Shown in pieces: positions 19,021 to 28,712 of a stretch of DNA of 43,445 nucleotides; the stretch's first letter is position 1; every line of letters starts with the position of its first letter. A program made the translations under genes and the position numbers. The DNA is from Desulfuromonas sp. SDB (GTDB lineage Bacteria; SDB-A): NCBI GenBank assembly GCA_001412365.1, contig LKUE01000391.1, positions 1 to 43,445 of the forward strand. The letters run 5' to 3'. The notes below the pieces were generated by a model that was not told the origin of the DNA, did no database searches, and worked only from the letters and a program-made list of their open reading frames with translations.

Positions 19021-20847
19021 TTGATGATGATGAAGAGTAAACAGGACAAAATCGGAGTTATTGATTACGGGGGGCAATATGCTCACCTCATAGCCAATGT
19101 GGTTAGATCAATAGGGGTTTATTCAGATATTCTACAGCCCCACCAGCTCAGAGATATCAGCCAGTACCGGGGCATTATTCTTTCGGGAAGTCCCGCCCTT
19201 AGCTCTGGAGACGAACTTTCAGTCAATCCCCTGATTTTCAAACTGAATATACCTGTACTGGGATTTTGCTTCGGTCACCAGGAAATAGCAAAATTCCACG
19301 GAGGCAAGGTGGAACATAAGGGTCAGGAATTTGGAAGAAGTTTGCTTAAACTGGTTAAAAAATCCCCAATATTCCTTAACTTGCCCGATGAACAAGTAGT
19401 GTGGATGAGTCATGGAGATGCGGTAACTGATCCCGGGGATATGGAAGAAATTGCTGTTTCTCTTGATCCTGACAACAATACACAAAAGTATTCTGCAATT
19501 TCAGATGAGAAACTCAGGCACTATGGATTCCAATTTCATCCCGAGGTAGATGATACTGAATATGGCAGGGAGATGATTGAAAATTATGTCATAGGCATTT
19601 GCGGATGCCGGAAGTCCTGGAATTCAGATTATATGGTGGAGGATATTGAAAATTCAATTAAAACTGAAGTAAAGACCAACCAGGTAGTTATGCTGGTTAG
19701 CGGAGGGGTTGATTCAACCGTCGCCGCAGTATTGCTCCACCGGGCTTTACCCGCCTCACAATTACATTTCATACATGTGGACACTGGTTTGATGAGACAT
19801 AAAGAAAGCGAACAAGTCACAGAATTGTTTGAGTCGGAAGGAATGCTGCCCAGCCTGGTAGTGGTGGATGCCTCTGAACAGTTTCTAAGGGAACTGCAGG
19901 GAGTTTATGATCCTGAACAAAAAAGAAACATAATCGGAAAAAACTTCATTGACCTTGTCAATGATGAAGTTGCTAAATTTGATCTGTCCACCGCCCTGCT
20001 TGCCCAGGGCACTATTTACCCCGATCGCATTGAAACCGGGGAGACTGAGCATGCCCATCGGATTAAAACTCATCATAACCGGATTCCTCAGATTGAAGCG
20101 ATGATCCGGCAGGGGTTGGTAATTGAACCGCTTAAAGACCTTTATAAGTTTGAAGTTAGAAAAGTCGGACAAACTCTGGGCATCCCCCAAACTATGCTTC
20201 AGCGTCATCCGTTTCCCGGACCCGGTCTGGGTATCCGCTGCATTTGTTCCCAGCCGGATAACCTCGATTATAAACAGATTACTGTGCTTAGAGCCAAGTT
20301 AAAGGATAACTGCGGGAAATATTATAGTGAAGTATTACCGGTGAAATCAGTAGGAGTGAAAGCAGATCAGCGAAGTTATGAATATCCTGGTCTGCTATGG
20401 AAAGAAAATTATTGCGGAGAGGAAATTGATGATATTGCTGCTAAAATATTTAGAAATGTTGATAATATAAATAGAATAATTTGGCTGGGGGGTAATCATG
20501 CCAATCCGCCAGTATCTATTCAGCCGGTATTAGCGGATATAAATGCAGCCAGGCTGGAAAAGTTAAGAGCAGCGGATAACCTGGCTCAACAGCTATTAGT
20601 AGAGCAGAACCTTTATGATGAAATCTGGCAGATGCCGGTTATTTCCCTTCCCCTGAAAATTAATCAGGTTTATGAGGATTTTATAATTTTAAGACCGGTA
20701 ATTTCAAAACGGGGAATGACCGCCCGTCCTTATTATCTTCCACCCCTTTACTTAAAAACTTTATCCGACAGGTTCAAACAGGTTGGAGTTAATTGGTGGG
20801 GAGTTGATGTTTCAACTAAACCTCCCGCCACCATTGAATGGGAGTGA
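19021..20847 (+). CDS. guaA: GMP synthase (glutamine-hydrolysing), long form; start probably one of ATG 19024-19030
   Basis: DYGGQY, GFCFGHQ, QFHPEV, SGGVDS, IKTHHN, RHPFPGPGLGIR and terminal KPPATIEWE. Confidence 0.96.
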   Translation: MMMMKSKQDKIGVIDYGGQYAHLIANVVRSIGVYSDILQPHQLRDISQYRGIILSGSPALSSGDELSVNPLIFKLNIPVLGFCFGHQEIAKFHGGKVEHKGQEFGRSLLKLVKKSPIFLNLPDEQVVWMSHGDAVTDPGDMEEIAVSLDPDNNTQKYSAISDEKLRHYGFQFHPEVDDTEYGREMIENYVIGICGCRKSWNSDYMVEDIENSIKTEVKTNQVVMLVSGGVDSTVAAVLLHRALPASQLHFIHVDTGLMRHKESEQVTELFESEGMLPSLVVVDASEQFLRELQGVYDPEQKRNIIGKNFIDLVNDEVAKFDLSTALLAQGTIYPDRIETGETEHAHRIKTHHNRIPQIEAMIRQGLVIEPLKDLYKFEVRKVGQTLGIPQTMLQRHPFPGPGLGIRCICSQPDNLDYKQITVLRAKLKDNCGKYYSEVLPVKSVGVKADQRSYEYPGLLWKENYCGEEIDDIAAKIFRNVDNINRIIWLGGNHANPPVSIQPVLADINAARLEKLRAADNLAQQLLVEQNLYDEIWQMPVISLPLKINQVYEDFIILRPVISKRGMTARPYYLPPLYLKTLSDRFKQVGVNWWGVDVSTKPPATIEWE

Positions 20848-20850
20848 GAA

Positions 20851-22806
20851 TTGCCAGGAAAAAACCGGAATAACAAAGTATACTGGTTAATCGTCTGTTT
20901 TCTCCTGCTGATCTTGCTTATCCCTTTTGGCTTAACTGCCCGGGCAGGAGGAGGGGGAAGTTATGGGGGAGGTGGAGGTGGTGGCGGATATTCGGGGGGA
21001 GGATATTCGGGAGGTGGTTACTCTTCCGGGTCCTCAGGAGGAGGGGGTGATCTCAGTCCCTGTTCCTGTGCCTGCATGATCATCATGCTGATTGTGTTCG
21101 TAGTTATATTTGCGGTAGTTCCCCGATTTCAGAACAAAAAAATGCGCAAGGCAAATTATTATCAGAAAAAATATCATGTTAATAAAGCAATTGAAAAAAT
21201 TAAAACCAGAGATGCTGATTTTAGTATTGAACAGTTCAAGAAGATGGCTGGCATGGCTTTTGTTGAAATCCAGCAAGCCTGGTCTGAACAGAATTTAACC
21301 TCAGTATCCAGGTTTATTTCAGATGGGATCAACCAGAGATTTTCTCTGCAGCTGGAAATGCAGAAATCGGAAGGATGGCGGAATATTGTTGAAAATGTTG
21401 AAATAAAAAACATGCGTATTGTTAATGTAGCCATCTATGAACGGTTTGAGCAAATTGATCTGGAGATCACTGCTAAAGCTAAAGATTACCGGGTATATTT
21501 AAACAGTGGAAAAATGATCAGAGGATCAATGCTGAAATCTGATTTCACTGAAATTTGGTCTTTTCTCCGCAGCGCTTCTGCAAAAACAGTTCAAGGGAAG
21601 GGATTGATTGCCGGCAGTTGTCCTAATTGCGGAGCATCTCTGCACATTACCGATGCAGGAAAGTGTCAGGCTTGCAATGCTTATATCCGGAGTACAAAAT
21701 ATGATTGGATATTATCTGAAATTACCCAGCAAATTGAGTGGCAGGTTCCACTTCCCGACCAGAATATTCCGGGAATTGCTGAAATTAAGAGCAGAGATCA
21801 ATTATTTTCCTCCCAGTATATTGAAGACCGTTGCTCGGTAATATTCTATGCCTGGCAATCCTCATTGTTCTACGTAACTTTAAAACCAATTCAAAAGGTT
21901 ACCGGAACAGGGTACATTGATAAAATTTCCTCAGTTGTGGATATTTCCAAAAATCCACAGAATCCAGTTTATTATAAAGATCCCGCGGTGGGTAAAGTTG
22001 AAATTCTGTGGGCGACCACTGATGAAAAATATGACTATGTTCATGTCATGGTTAAATGGTCAGGAACCAAGGTTAGCAGGGATCTGGGCAGTGGAAAGAT
22101 AAAAAATCTCTATCCCCAGGCAATATACCGTAGTGTGTTAATTTTAGCCAGACTCAAAGAAACTCAATCTCCTTCCGATATCCTTCATTCTGCTCACTGT
22201 CCCCACTGTGGGGCTCCGGAGCAGCCTGATCATCAGGGTAGATGCCCTTATTGCCAGACTCCCCTTAATGACGGCAGCAGGACTTGGATCCTCACTGACC
22301 TGTGCAGTTATTATCAATGGAGACAAAAATATGGCAGGGCTTATCAAAAATTTAAAAAACAGCTGTCAAAACCCCTGAGTATTCATCCCCAAGATTTAAT
22401 GGAAGGAATGATCATGATGATGAGTGCGGATGGAAAAATTGAAAATAAGGAAATCCGACTTCTTTCAAAATTTTCCGGACTTTACCGTATCTCTGACCAC
22501 CAGCTGGAAGAAATAACGGAAAGAGTAAAAAGAGGAGAGGGAACCTGGAAAATTCCCACCCGTCCTGAGGATCAGCAGAAATTTTTATCGGGGTTGGTAG
22601 ATATGTCTCTCAGTGATGGCACAATTTCTCGTTTTGAATACAAATTATTAAATCAGATAACTGCGAAGATGGGAATCAGCAATGCCAACCTGAAAAAATT
22701 GATAAAACAAAGACAAGCGGAATTGTTGAAATATCAATGGGAGGTTGAACAAACAAAAAGACAATCTACTCCTCCTCTCCCTCCCCCTCCTCCCCATTAC
22801 GTTTAG
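20851..22806 (+). CDS. Membrane protein with two Tim44-like domains each followed by a Zn ribbon, and a C-terminal TerB-like domain (paralog 1)
   Basis: Signal peptide ending ARAGGG, Gly-rich linker, TM helix, RDADFS..F/FTEIWSF Tim44 pattern, CPNCGA..CQAC, CPHCGA..CPYC, ADGKI..E and SDGTIS..E, poly-Pro end. Confidence 0.8.
   Translation: MPGKNRNNKVYWLIVCFLLLILLIPFGLTARAGGGGSYGGGGGGGGYSGGGYSGGGYSSGSSGGGGDLSPCSCACMIIMLIVFVVIFAVVPRFQNKKMRKANYYQKKYHVNKAIEKIKTRDADFSIEQFKKMAGMAFVEIQQAWSEQNLTSVSRFISDGINQRFSLQLEMQKSEGWRNIVENVEIKNMRIVNVAIYERFEQIDLEITAKAKDYRVYLNSGKMIRGSMLKSDFTEIWSFLRSASAKTVQGKGLIAGSCPNCGASLHITDAGKCQACNAYIRSTKYDWILSEITQQIEWQVPLPDQNIPGIAEIKSRDQLFSSQYIEDRCSVIFYAWQSSLFYVTLKPIQKVTGTGYIDKISSVVDISKNPQNPVYYKDPAVGKVEILWATTDEKYDYVHVMVKWSGTKVSRDLGSGKIKNLYPQAIYRSVLILARLKETQSPSDILHSAHCPHCGAPEQPDHQGRCPYCQTPLNDGSRTWILTDLCSYYQWRQKYGRAYQKFKKQLSKPLSIHPQDLMEGMIMMMSADGKIENKEIRLLSKFSGLYRISDHQLEEITERVKRGEGTWKIPTRPEDQQKFLSGLVDMSLSDGTISRFEYKLLNQITAKMGISNANLKKLIKQRQAELLKYQWEVEQTKRQSTPPLPPPPPHYV
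20944..21047 (+). repeat. Gly-rich low-complexity tract with a (GGYSG)-type 15-nt repeat
   Basis: Encodes AGGGGSYGGGGGGGGYSGGGYSGGGYSSGSSGGGG; GGATATTCGGG recurs at 15-nt spacing. Confidence 0.8.
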
Positions 22807-22943
22807 AACAATTAATTTAAAATAGTGTGGAATAAACTATATAGTTGCAGGTATACACTGTACAAAAATACGCTCAGGTTTTACAATAAATATTAAAAAA
22901 ACAGGATTTTAAACAAGTCATTTGTTAAATAAAGGAGTTACCA

Positions 22944-24875
22944 GTGCTGAGAAAAATATTGGTAGTAATTGGCTTAATTATTTTAATCAGTTATGGTTAT
23001 TCGGCATTGTGGGCTCGAGCAGGGGGAGGAGAATCATTTGGAGGAGGAGGGGGAGGTTCTTTTGGAGGAGATGGGGGAGGAGAAGGTATTGGCGCGCTGA
23101 TTTATCTTCTATTCTGGCTGGTGGTTAATTATCCCTGCATCGGCATACCCCTGGTAATTGCAGTAATTATTTTTTTAATTTTCGCTAATTTAAAGGGCAA
23201 AGGAAAGATAACTGATCGCAGACTTCGAAAATCGAATTTTTTTCAAAACCAGTATGAAGTTAATCAAGCCCTGGAAAAAATTAAACAACGGGATCCTAAT
23301 TTTAATATAGATAGTTTCAAACAAAGAGTATCCCGGGCTTTTTATTTGATTCAGACTGCCTGGAGTGAACAAAAGCTGACCAATGTTCACCGGTTTATAT
23401 CAGATGGAGTGGAAGAAAGATTTAATCTGCAGATTAAAATGCAGCAGGCAGAAGGGTGGAGGAATGTGATGGAGAATGTGAAAATTCAGAAAATTGAAGT
23501 GGTATCTATTGAATCCGATCAACACTTCGATACTATTCATCTGGCTATAACTGCAAGGGCAAAAGATTACAAGGTTGATTTAAAAACGGGGAGAACCCTG
23601 CCCCAGTCCAAAATCACTGAACCATTTACCGAGGTTTGGTCTTGGCTGAGAAAACCGGGAGTGAAGACAATCCGAGCTCAGGGAGCTATTGAAGGTAACT
23701 GCCCCAACTGTGCCGCTCCTCTGGATATCACTGATGCAGGTAAATGCAGGGCTTGCGGGGCATTCATCCGGAGTGGTGAATATGACTGGATTCTGTCGGA
23801 GATAACCCAGGAAAGCGAATGGGAAGTAACCGGAAAGAGTTCAGAGATACCCGGTTTTATAAATTTACAGCAAGTGGACCCCGGTTTTTCTGTTCAACAC
23901 ATTGAAGATAGAACTTCAGTGATATTCTACCGTTATCAGGCTGCTTTATTTAACCGCAGCTCCAAGGTGTTGAAGAAAGTAGTTTATTCCCCCGCTCTGG
24001 AGAGAATTATCCGGAGATTATCCGGGGTCCCCCAAACCTCAGTTGCCCGTTACTATAAGTTCCCTGCAATTGGAAAAGTAGAAGTACTGTGGATCAAGCC
24101 GGAAAGCGAATTAATTAAAATATTTGTTTTAGTAAAATGGTCGGGAAGTTTTGCTCAGCGTGATTTGAAAACCAACCAGATAAAATTGCTTTCCTCCAGA
24201 ACTATATATTCTGACATCTATACTTTGGTTCGGAAGATTAATGTCGCCTCACCTCATAATGCATTTAATTCTGCCCACTGCCCCAATTGCGGAGCTCCGG
24301 AAGTGCCTGACGGCACCGATAGCTGCCCTTACTGCGGCACGGTGCTAAATGATGGCAACCGCAGCTGGGTGCTTGCTGATATTGAAGAATTTACTATATG
24401 GCTCCAGAGTAACCGGGAGCAGTGGAAACAAGCCAGAGCCGGAGTAACTGCAGATATTACCGGAAGACCCAAAGCGTTAATTGAAGCATTGGCGATGATG
24501 ATGGCAAGCGATGGAGATATTGATCAGAGAGAATTAAAAATGCTGAAGAACTTTACCGGTAATTATCAGATTTCAGATTTGGAATTAAGACAGATAGTAG
24601 ACCGGGTTCAACAAGGGCAGGGTATTTGGAAGATTCCGGAAGATTACAATCAAGGAGTAGTGCTTTTATTTGGATTGATTGATATGGCATTGAGTGATGG
24701 ACGGATTTCTTCTCCGGAAAAACAATTGCTGGATAGTGTGGCTAAAAAATTGAATATTCCCTCAAATATCTTAAATCAGTGGATAAAAGACCGGCAGAGT
24801 TCGCTGATAGAATTCCAGAAAAATTATCGAAAATCAGACACTCCTATACCCCCACCCCCTCCACCTCAGCCTTGA
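22944..24875 (+). CDS. Tim44-like/Zn-ribbon/TerB-like membrane protein (paralog 2)
   Basis: Same architecture as 20851..22806 with shared blocks such as ITDAGKC, YDWILSEITQ, SAHCP.CGAPE and LNDG.R.W; GTG start after AAAGGAG. Confidence 0.8.
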   Translation: MLRKILVVIGLIILISYGYSALWARAGGGESFGGGGGGSFGGDGGGEGIGALIYLLFWLVVNYPCIGIPLVIAVIIFLIFANLKGKGKITDRRLRKSNFFQNQYEVNQALEKIKQRDPNFNIDSFKQRVSRAFYLIQTAWSEQKLTNVHRFISDGVEERFNLQIKMQQAEGWRNVMENVKIQKIEVVSIESDQHFDTIHLAITARAKDYKVDLKTGRTLPQSKITEPFTEVWSWLRKPGVKTIRAQGAIEGNCPNCAAPLDITDAGKCRACGAFIRSGEYDWILSEITQESEWEVTGKSSEIPGFINLQQVDPGFSVQHIEDRTSVIFYRYQAALFNRSSKVLKKVVYSPALERIIRRLSGVPQTSVARYYKFPAIGKVEVLWIKPESELIKIFVLVKWSGSFAQRDLKTNQIKLLSSRTIYSDIYTLVRKINVASPHNAFNSAHCPNCGAPEVPDGTDSCPYCGTVLNDGNRSWVLADIEEFTIWLQSNREQWKQARAGVTADITGRPKALIEALAMMMASDGDIDQRELKMLKNFTGNYQISDLELRQIVDRVQQGQGIWKIPEDYNQGVVLLFGLIDMALSDGRISSPEKQLLDSVAKKLNIPSNILNQWIKDRQSSLIEFQKNYRKSDTPIPPPPPPQP

Positions 24876-24885
24876 TAAAATCATG

Positions 24886-24914
24886 TTGAATAGCAATTTT
24901 GATTGTGATAATAT
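24886..24914 (+). promoter_or_regulatory. Candidate sigma70 promoter for 6S RNA
   Basis: TTGAAT, 17-nt spacer, TAATAT, about 45 nt upstream of the 6S stem. Confidence 0.4.
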
Positions 24915-24954
24915 TGGTCGGTTAGAAAATGGAGTTGCGAATTGTTAGGTTTGA

Positions 24955-25137
24955 CAAAAGGGTACTGGAGTGTTCGTGATGCTTAGATATGATTTGAGCC
25001 AACACCTTTCAATAGGGAATTCAGGTTCTGGAGGAACAAGCAAGCTCACCTGGAGTGAGATCCTTCGAACTTCAGACAGGATACCCACTTTACTGGAAGG
25101 TTCAAACTATTCTATCACACGGCATTCCGGTTCCCAC
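24955..25137 (+). ncRNA. ssrS: 6S RNA
   Basis: About 180-nt rod: GGGTACTGGAGTGTT/GGCATTCCGGTTCCC closing stem, GTGAT/ATCAC, TTTGAGCC/GGTTCAAA, central bubble with ACCCAC. Sits upstream of rny-ymdB, a common location for ssrS. Confidence 0.88.
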
Positions 25138-25419
25138 CAAATCATAAAGGGATAGGTTGACGGTATTAAGCTATTTAGATGTGTTATTTGCGATGCTAAG
25201 TCCTTGTTTTAGATATAGTGATAAGTTTTGGATTCAAATATTTTTTCCACTTTATCTGATGAGGATCATAATTAAAACATAATGAAAATTGGATATTTAT
25301 GAATATATTTAGCTATTTATCAAGGGAGTTCAGATATCACCAAAAACTTGTGATAACTCCCCCTACATCTAATTTCTTTTTGCCATCTTCTTCCTATCTC
25401 TTTGGGGAAGGAGATGATG

Positions 25420-27033
25420 GTGAACTATTTAATTTTTAATCTATTAATTTCCCAGACAGTCGGATCTATATTCCCAGTTCTGATGTTTGTTTTAATCTTT
25501 TTCATGGTGGGGATAGTTTCTTTTTGGTTTGGTTATATTATCTGTATCCGGATTCAAAAGAGTAAACTGGAAGATGCACAGACTGTAGCTCAAAAAATAA
25601 TTGAAGATGCCAAGAAAGATTCTGATTCCTACAAGAAAACTGCCCGATTGGAAATCAGTGAAGAAATTGCAAAATCCAGGGCGGACTTGGAGTCCAGGGA
25701 AAAAAAGTGGCAAAGGGAGATGTATCAGACTGAGAGGAAGTTAAATGAACGTAAATCATCGTTGGACAAGAAACAGGACTCTTTGAGCAATAAAGAACGG
25801 GAGGTGGTGAAAAAAGAAAAAGACTTGGTCATAAAAGAAAGAGGTTTGATTGCCAAAACGGAGAAACTGAAAAGAGAAATTGAAGAAATTACCAGCAGAT
25901 TACAGCGAATTGCCCGGATGAGTACGGATGAAGCAAAAGTTGAATTGATGAAAACCATTGAAAGCGAAACCAAAAAAGAAGCAGCTAATATGATAAAAGA
26001 GATCAAGGATAAAGCTCAGAGAACCGGAGAAAAAGAAGCTGCTGAAATTATCGTATCCGCCATACAAAGGTGCGCTACCGATCATACCGTGGAATCAACT
26101 GTTTCGGTAGTAGCTTTGCCCTCAGAAGATATGAAAGGAAGGATTATCGGAAGAGAGGGAAGAAATATCCGTTCATTTGAAAATTTGACCGGGGTGGAGA
26201 TAATTATTGATGATACTCCCGAGGCAATTACCTTGTCCGGTTTTGATCCGGTGCGGCGGGAGATTGCCCGTATTTCTATGGAAAATTTGGTTTCCGACGG
26301 CAGAATTAATCCGGGGCGTATTGAAGTGGTGGTGGAAAAAGCCAAGAAGGAAATTGATGAAATAATCAGAAATACCGCAGAAGAAACGGTAGCAGATATG
26401 GGTATTACCAGTTTACATCCTGAATTGATGAGGTTAATTGGCAGACTTAGATATCGAACCAGCTATGGGCAGAATGTTCTGCAGCACTCCAAAGAAGTTG
26501 CTCATATTTCCGGACTAATGGCCGGAGAATTAAATCTGGATGTTGAATTGGCTAAACGCAGCGGTTTGCTCCATGATATCGGCAAAGCCACTGACCAGAG
26601 TATTGAGGGCACTCATGCCATTATCGGTTCAGAACTGGCTAGAAAATACGGTGAAGATATGGTAGTAGTTAATGCCATTGCCGCCCATCATGAAGAAGTA
26701 GAGCCCATTTCCTCCATTGCCGCTCTGGTTCAGGCTTCGGATGCAATATCCGGTTCAAGACCAGGAGCGAGGAGGGATACCATTGAAGCTTACCTGCAAA
26801 GGGTGGATAAGCTTGAACGGATTGCTGCTCAAATTGACGGAGTGGAAAAAGTATTTGCACTGCAGGCTGGTCGTGAATTAAGAGTAATTGTTGAGCCTTC
26901 TAAAATATCTGATGCTGAGGCAGTGGTGCTAGCCAGCGATGTAGCCAATAAAATTGAACGGGAATTGAGATATCCCGGGCAAATTAAAGTGACTATTATC
27001 CGGGAAGTAAGAGCAACTGAATATGCCAAATGA
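25420..27033 (+). CDS. rny: Ribonuclease Y; start GTG 25420 or ATG 25414/25417
   Basis: N-terminal TM, coiled coil, KH domain (MKGRIIGREGRNIR), HD domain (LLHDIGK) and SRPGARR. Confidence 0.97.
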   Translation: MNYLIFNLLISQTVGSIFPVLMFVLIFFMVGIVSFWFGYIICIRIQKSKLEDAQTVAQKIIEDAKKDSDSYKKTARLEISEEIAKSRADLESREKKWQREMYQTERKLNERKSSLDKKQDSLSNKEREVVKKEKDLVIKERGLIAKTEKLKREIEEITSRLQRIARMSTDEAKVELMKTIESETKKEAANMIKEIKDKAQRTGEKEAAEIIVSAIQRCATDHTVESTVSVVALPSEDMKGRIIGREGRNIRSFENLTGVEIIIDDTPEAITLSGFDPVRREIARISMENLVSDGRINPGRIEVVVEKAKKEIDEIIRNTAEETVADMGITSLHPELMRLIGRLRYRTSYGQNVLQHSKEVAHISGLMAGELNLDVELAKRSGLLHDIGKATDQSIEGTHAIIGSELARKYGEDMVVVNAIAAHHEEVEPISSIAALVQASDAISGSRPGARRDTIEAYLQRVDKLERIAAQIDGVEKVFALQAGRELRVIVEPSKISDAEAVVLASDVANKIERELRYPGQIKVTIIREVRATEYAK

Positions 27034-27832
27034 TCAGTTCAGTTTGATCTTTATTGGGGATATCATAGGACAACCGGGCAGGGAAACCTGTCACCGGCTG
27101 TTTGATCAGATTTATGAAAAATATCTTCCTGATATCATTGTGGTCAATGGAGAAAATTTAGCCAGCGGTTTCGGCATTTCCCGGAAAGTTGCCAATGAAA
27201 TGTTTTCCCTGGGAGTAAATTTTATTACCGGGGGCAATCATTTCCTCCAGGTTGACAACATTGAAGATTGGTTTGAAATTGAACCTAAGGTAGTGATCCC
27301 CGCAAATTACACCCACTACATCAGGGGTAACCGTTTGGGATTATATCAAAGTGAGCAGCTGAAACTGTATGTAATTTCCCTTTTGGGAAGATTATACATG
27401 AATCCGGTTGATAATCCTTTTATATGCATAGATAAAATAATCAGCGACATCGGAAACAGGGATAACAATCAAATAGTGGTGGTGGATTTTCATGCTGAAG
27501 CTACTTCGGAAAAGCAGGCCATGCTTCATCATCTAAACGGAAGAGTTTCCGCGGTGCTGGGAACCCATACTCATGTCCAAACTGCAGATTGTCTGGTCAC
27601 TGATCAGGGCACTGCTTATATCACCGATGTGGGAATGGTGGGGGCAGTTAAATCGGTTATCGGGATGGATTGGAAAGCCTCTGTGGAAATTATGAAAACC
27701 GGGCGGAGAAGAAGATTAAGACCTTATTATGACCCTCTGAGGAAATTGGATGGAGTATTGGTGAAGTTTGATAAATCAACTGGCGGGGCGGCATTAATTG
27801 AAAATTTTTCCCTCCGGGCTGAGATCAATTAA
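27023..27832 (+). CDS. ymdB: YmdB/TIGR00282 family metallophosphoesterase
   Basis: FIGDIIG, NGEN, TGGNH, DFHAEATSEK, GTHTHVQT and YITDVGM; follows rny. Confidence 0.93.
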   Translation: MPNDQFSLIFIGDIIGQPGRETCHRLFDQIYEKYLPDIIVVNGENLASGFGISRKVANEMFSLGVNFITGGNHFLQVDNIEDWFEIEPKVVIPANYTHYIRGNRLGLYQSEQLKLYVISLLGRLYMNPVDNPFICIDKIISDIGNRDNNQIVVVDFHAEATSEKQAMLHHLNGRVSAVLGTHTHVQTADCLVTDQGTAYITDVGMVGAVKSVIGMDWKASVEIMKTGRRRRLRPYYDPLRKLDGVLVKFDKSTGGAALIENFSLRAEIN

Positions 27833-27845
27833 GGAGTTATAAAAA

Positions 27846-28712
27846 ATGGAAACACTTGTTCTCAAAGGAAAGCCGGTGGTGGAGAAGATTTATCAAGATC
27901 TTAAAGAGCAGGTTGACCACCTGGACACCGCTCCCCGGTTAACCGTGGTAATGGTTGGTCAGGATCCTTCATCACTTTCTTACATCAAGTCAAAAACTAA
28001 AGCTGCTGCTAAAATCGGTATAGATGCAAGTACAATTAATTTACCTGAAGATATCAGTGAAACTGACTTAATTGATGAAATAAAAAAAATATTGCAAAGA
28101 GACCAGCCCCATGGAATTTTAATACAGCTTCCCCTTCCTCCTCAATTAAATGTTGAAAATATTCTTTTGTTCATTCCTCCCCAAAAAGATGTAGATGGTT
28201 TTCATCGCTGTAATCTTGGAGCAATGATCAGGGGAACTAAGGCACATTATCCCTGTACCCCTGCCGGTATTCTGGAATTATTGAATTATTATAACATTCC
28301 TCTATCCGGTAAAAATGTGGTGGTGGTGGGGAGGAGTCTGATTGTGGGAAAACCCCTGGCGGTTATGCTTATGGAAAAAAACAGGGATGCTACTGTAACT
28401 GTATGTCATTCCCGGACTGCCAACATCGCTGAACATACCCTGCGGGCAGATATTGTAGTAGCTGCGGCGGGAAGACCTGGTTTGATCACTGCAGAAATGG
28501 TAAAACCGGATTCAGTGATAATAGATGTAGGAACCAATCCCGTCTCTGATCCTAGCCGGAAAAAAGGATATAAATTGGTGGGTGATGCTGATTATGAGGG
28601 GTTGTTAAATAAAGTTGCTGCAATTACTCCGGTTCCGGGAGGAGTCGGTCCACTGACCGTAGCCATGTTGATGAAAAATACAGTTCAGTCCAAATTAGAT
28701 TCAATGTCATGA
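27846..28712 (+). CDS. folD: Bifunctional methylenetetrahydrofolate dehydrogenase/cyclohydrolase
   Basis: YIKSK, QLPLP, KDVDGF, PCTPAG, GRS.IVGKP and TPVPGGVGPLT. Confidence 0.97.
   Translation: METLVLKGKPVVEKIYQDLKEQVDHLDTAPRLTVVMVGQDPSSLSYIKSKTKAAAKIGIDASTINLPEDISETDLIDEIKKILQRDQPHGILIQLPLPPQLNVENILLFIPPQKDVDGFHRCNLGAMIRGTKAHYPCTPAGILELLNYYNIPLSGKNVVVVGRSLIVGKPLAVMLMEKNRDATVTVCHSRTANIAEHTLRADIVVAAAGRPGLITAEMVKPDSVIIDVGTNPVSDPSRKKGYKLVGDADYEGLLNKVAAITPVPGGVGPLTVAMLMKNTVQSKLDSMS

Noticed and set aside
22922-23128. 68-aa Arg/Trp-rich ORF resembling an antimicrobial peptide
   Set aside because: Alternative-frame reading of the GGA-rich Gly tract of paralog 2; the RBS fits GTG 22944.
24951-24980. 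Perfect TTGACA immediately before the 6S stem
   Set aside because: No -10 element at a proper distance.
24970-25155. 61-aa ORF
   Set aside because: Lies on top of the 6S RNA structure and has no recognisable protein motif.
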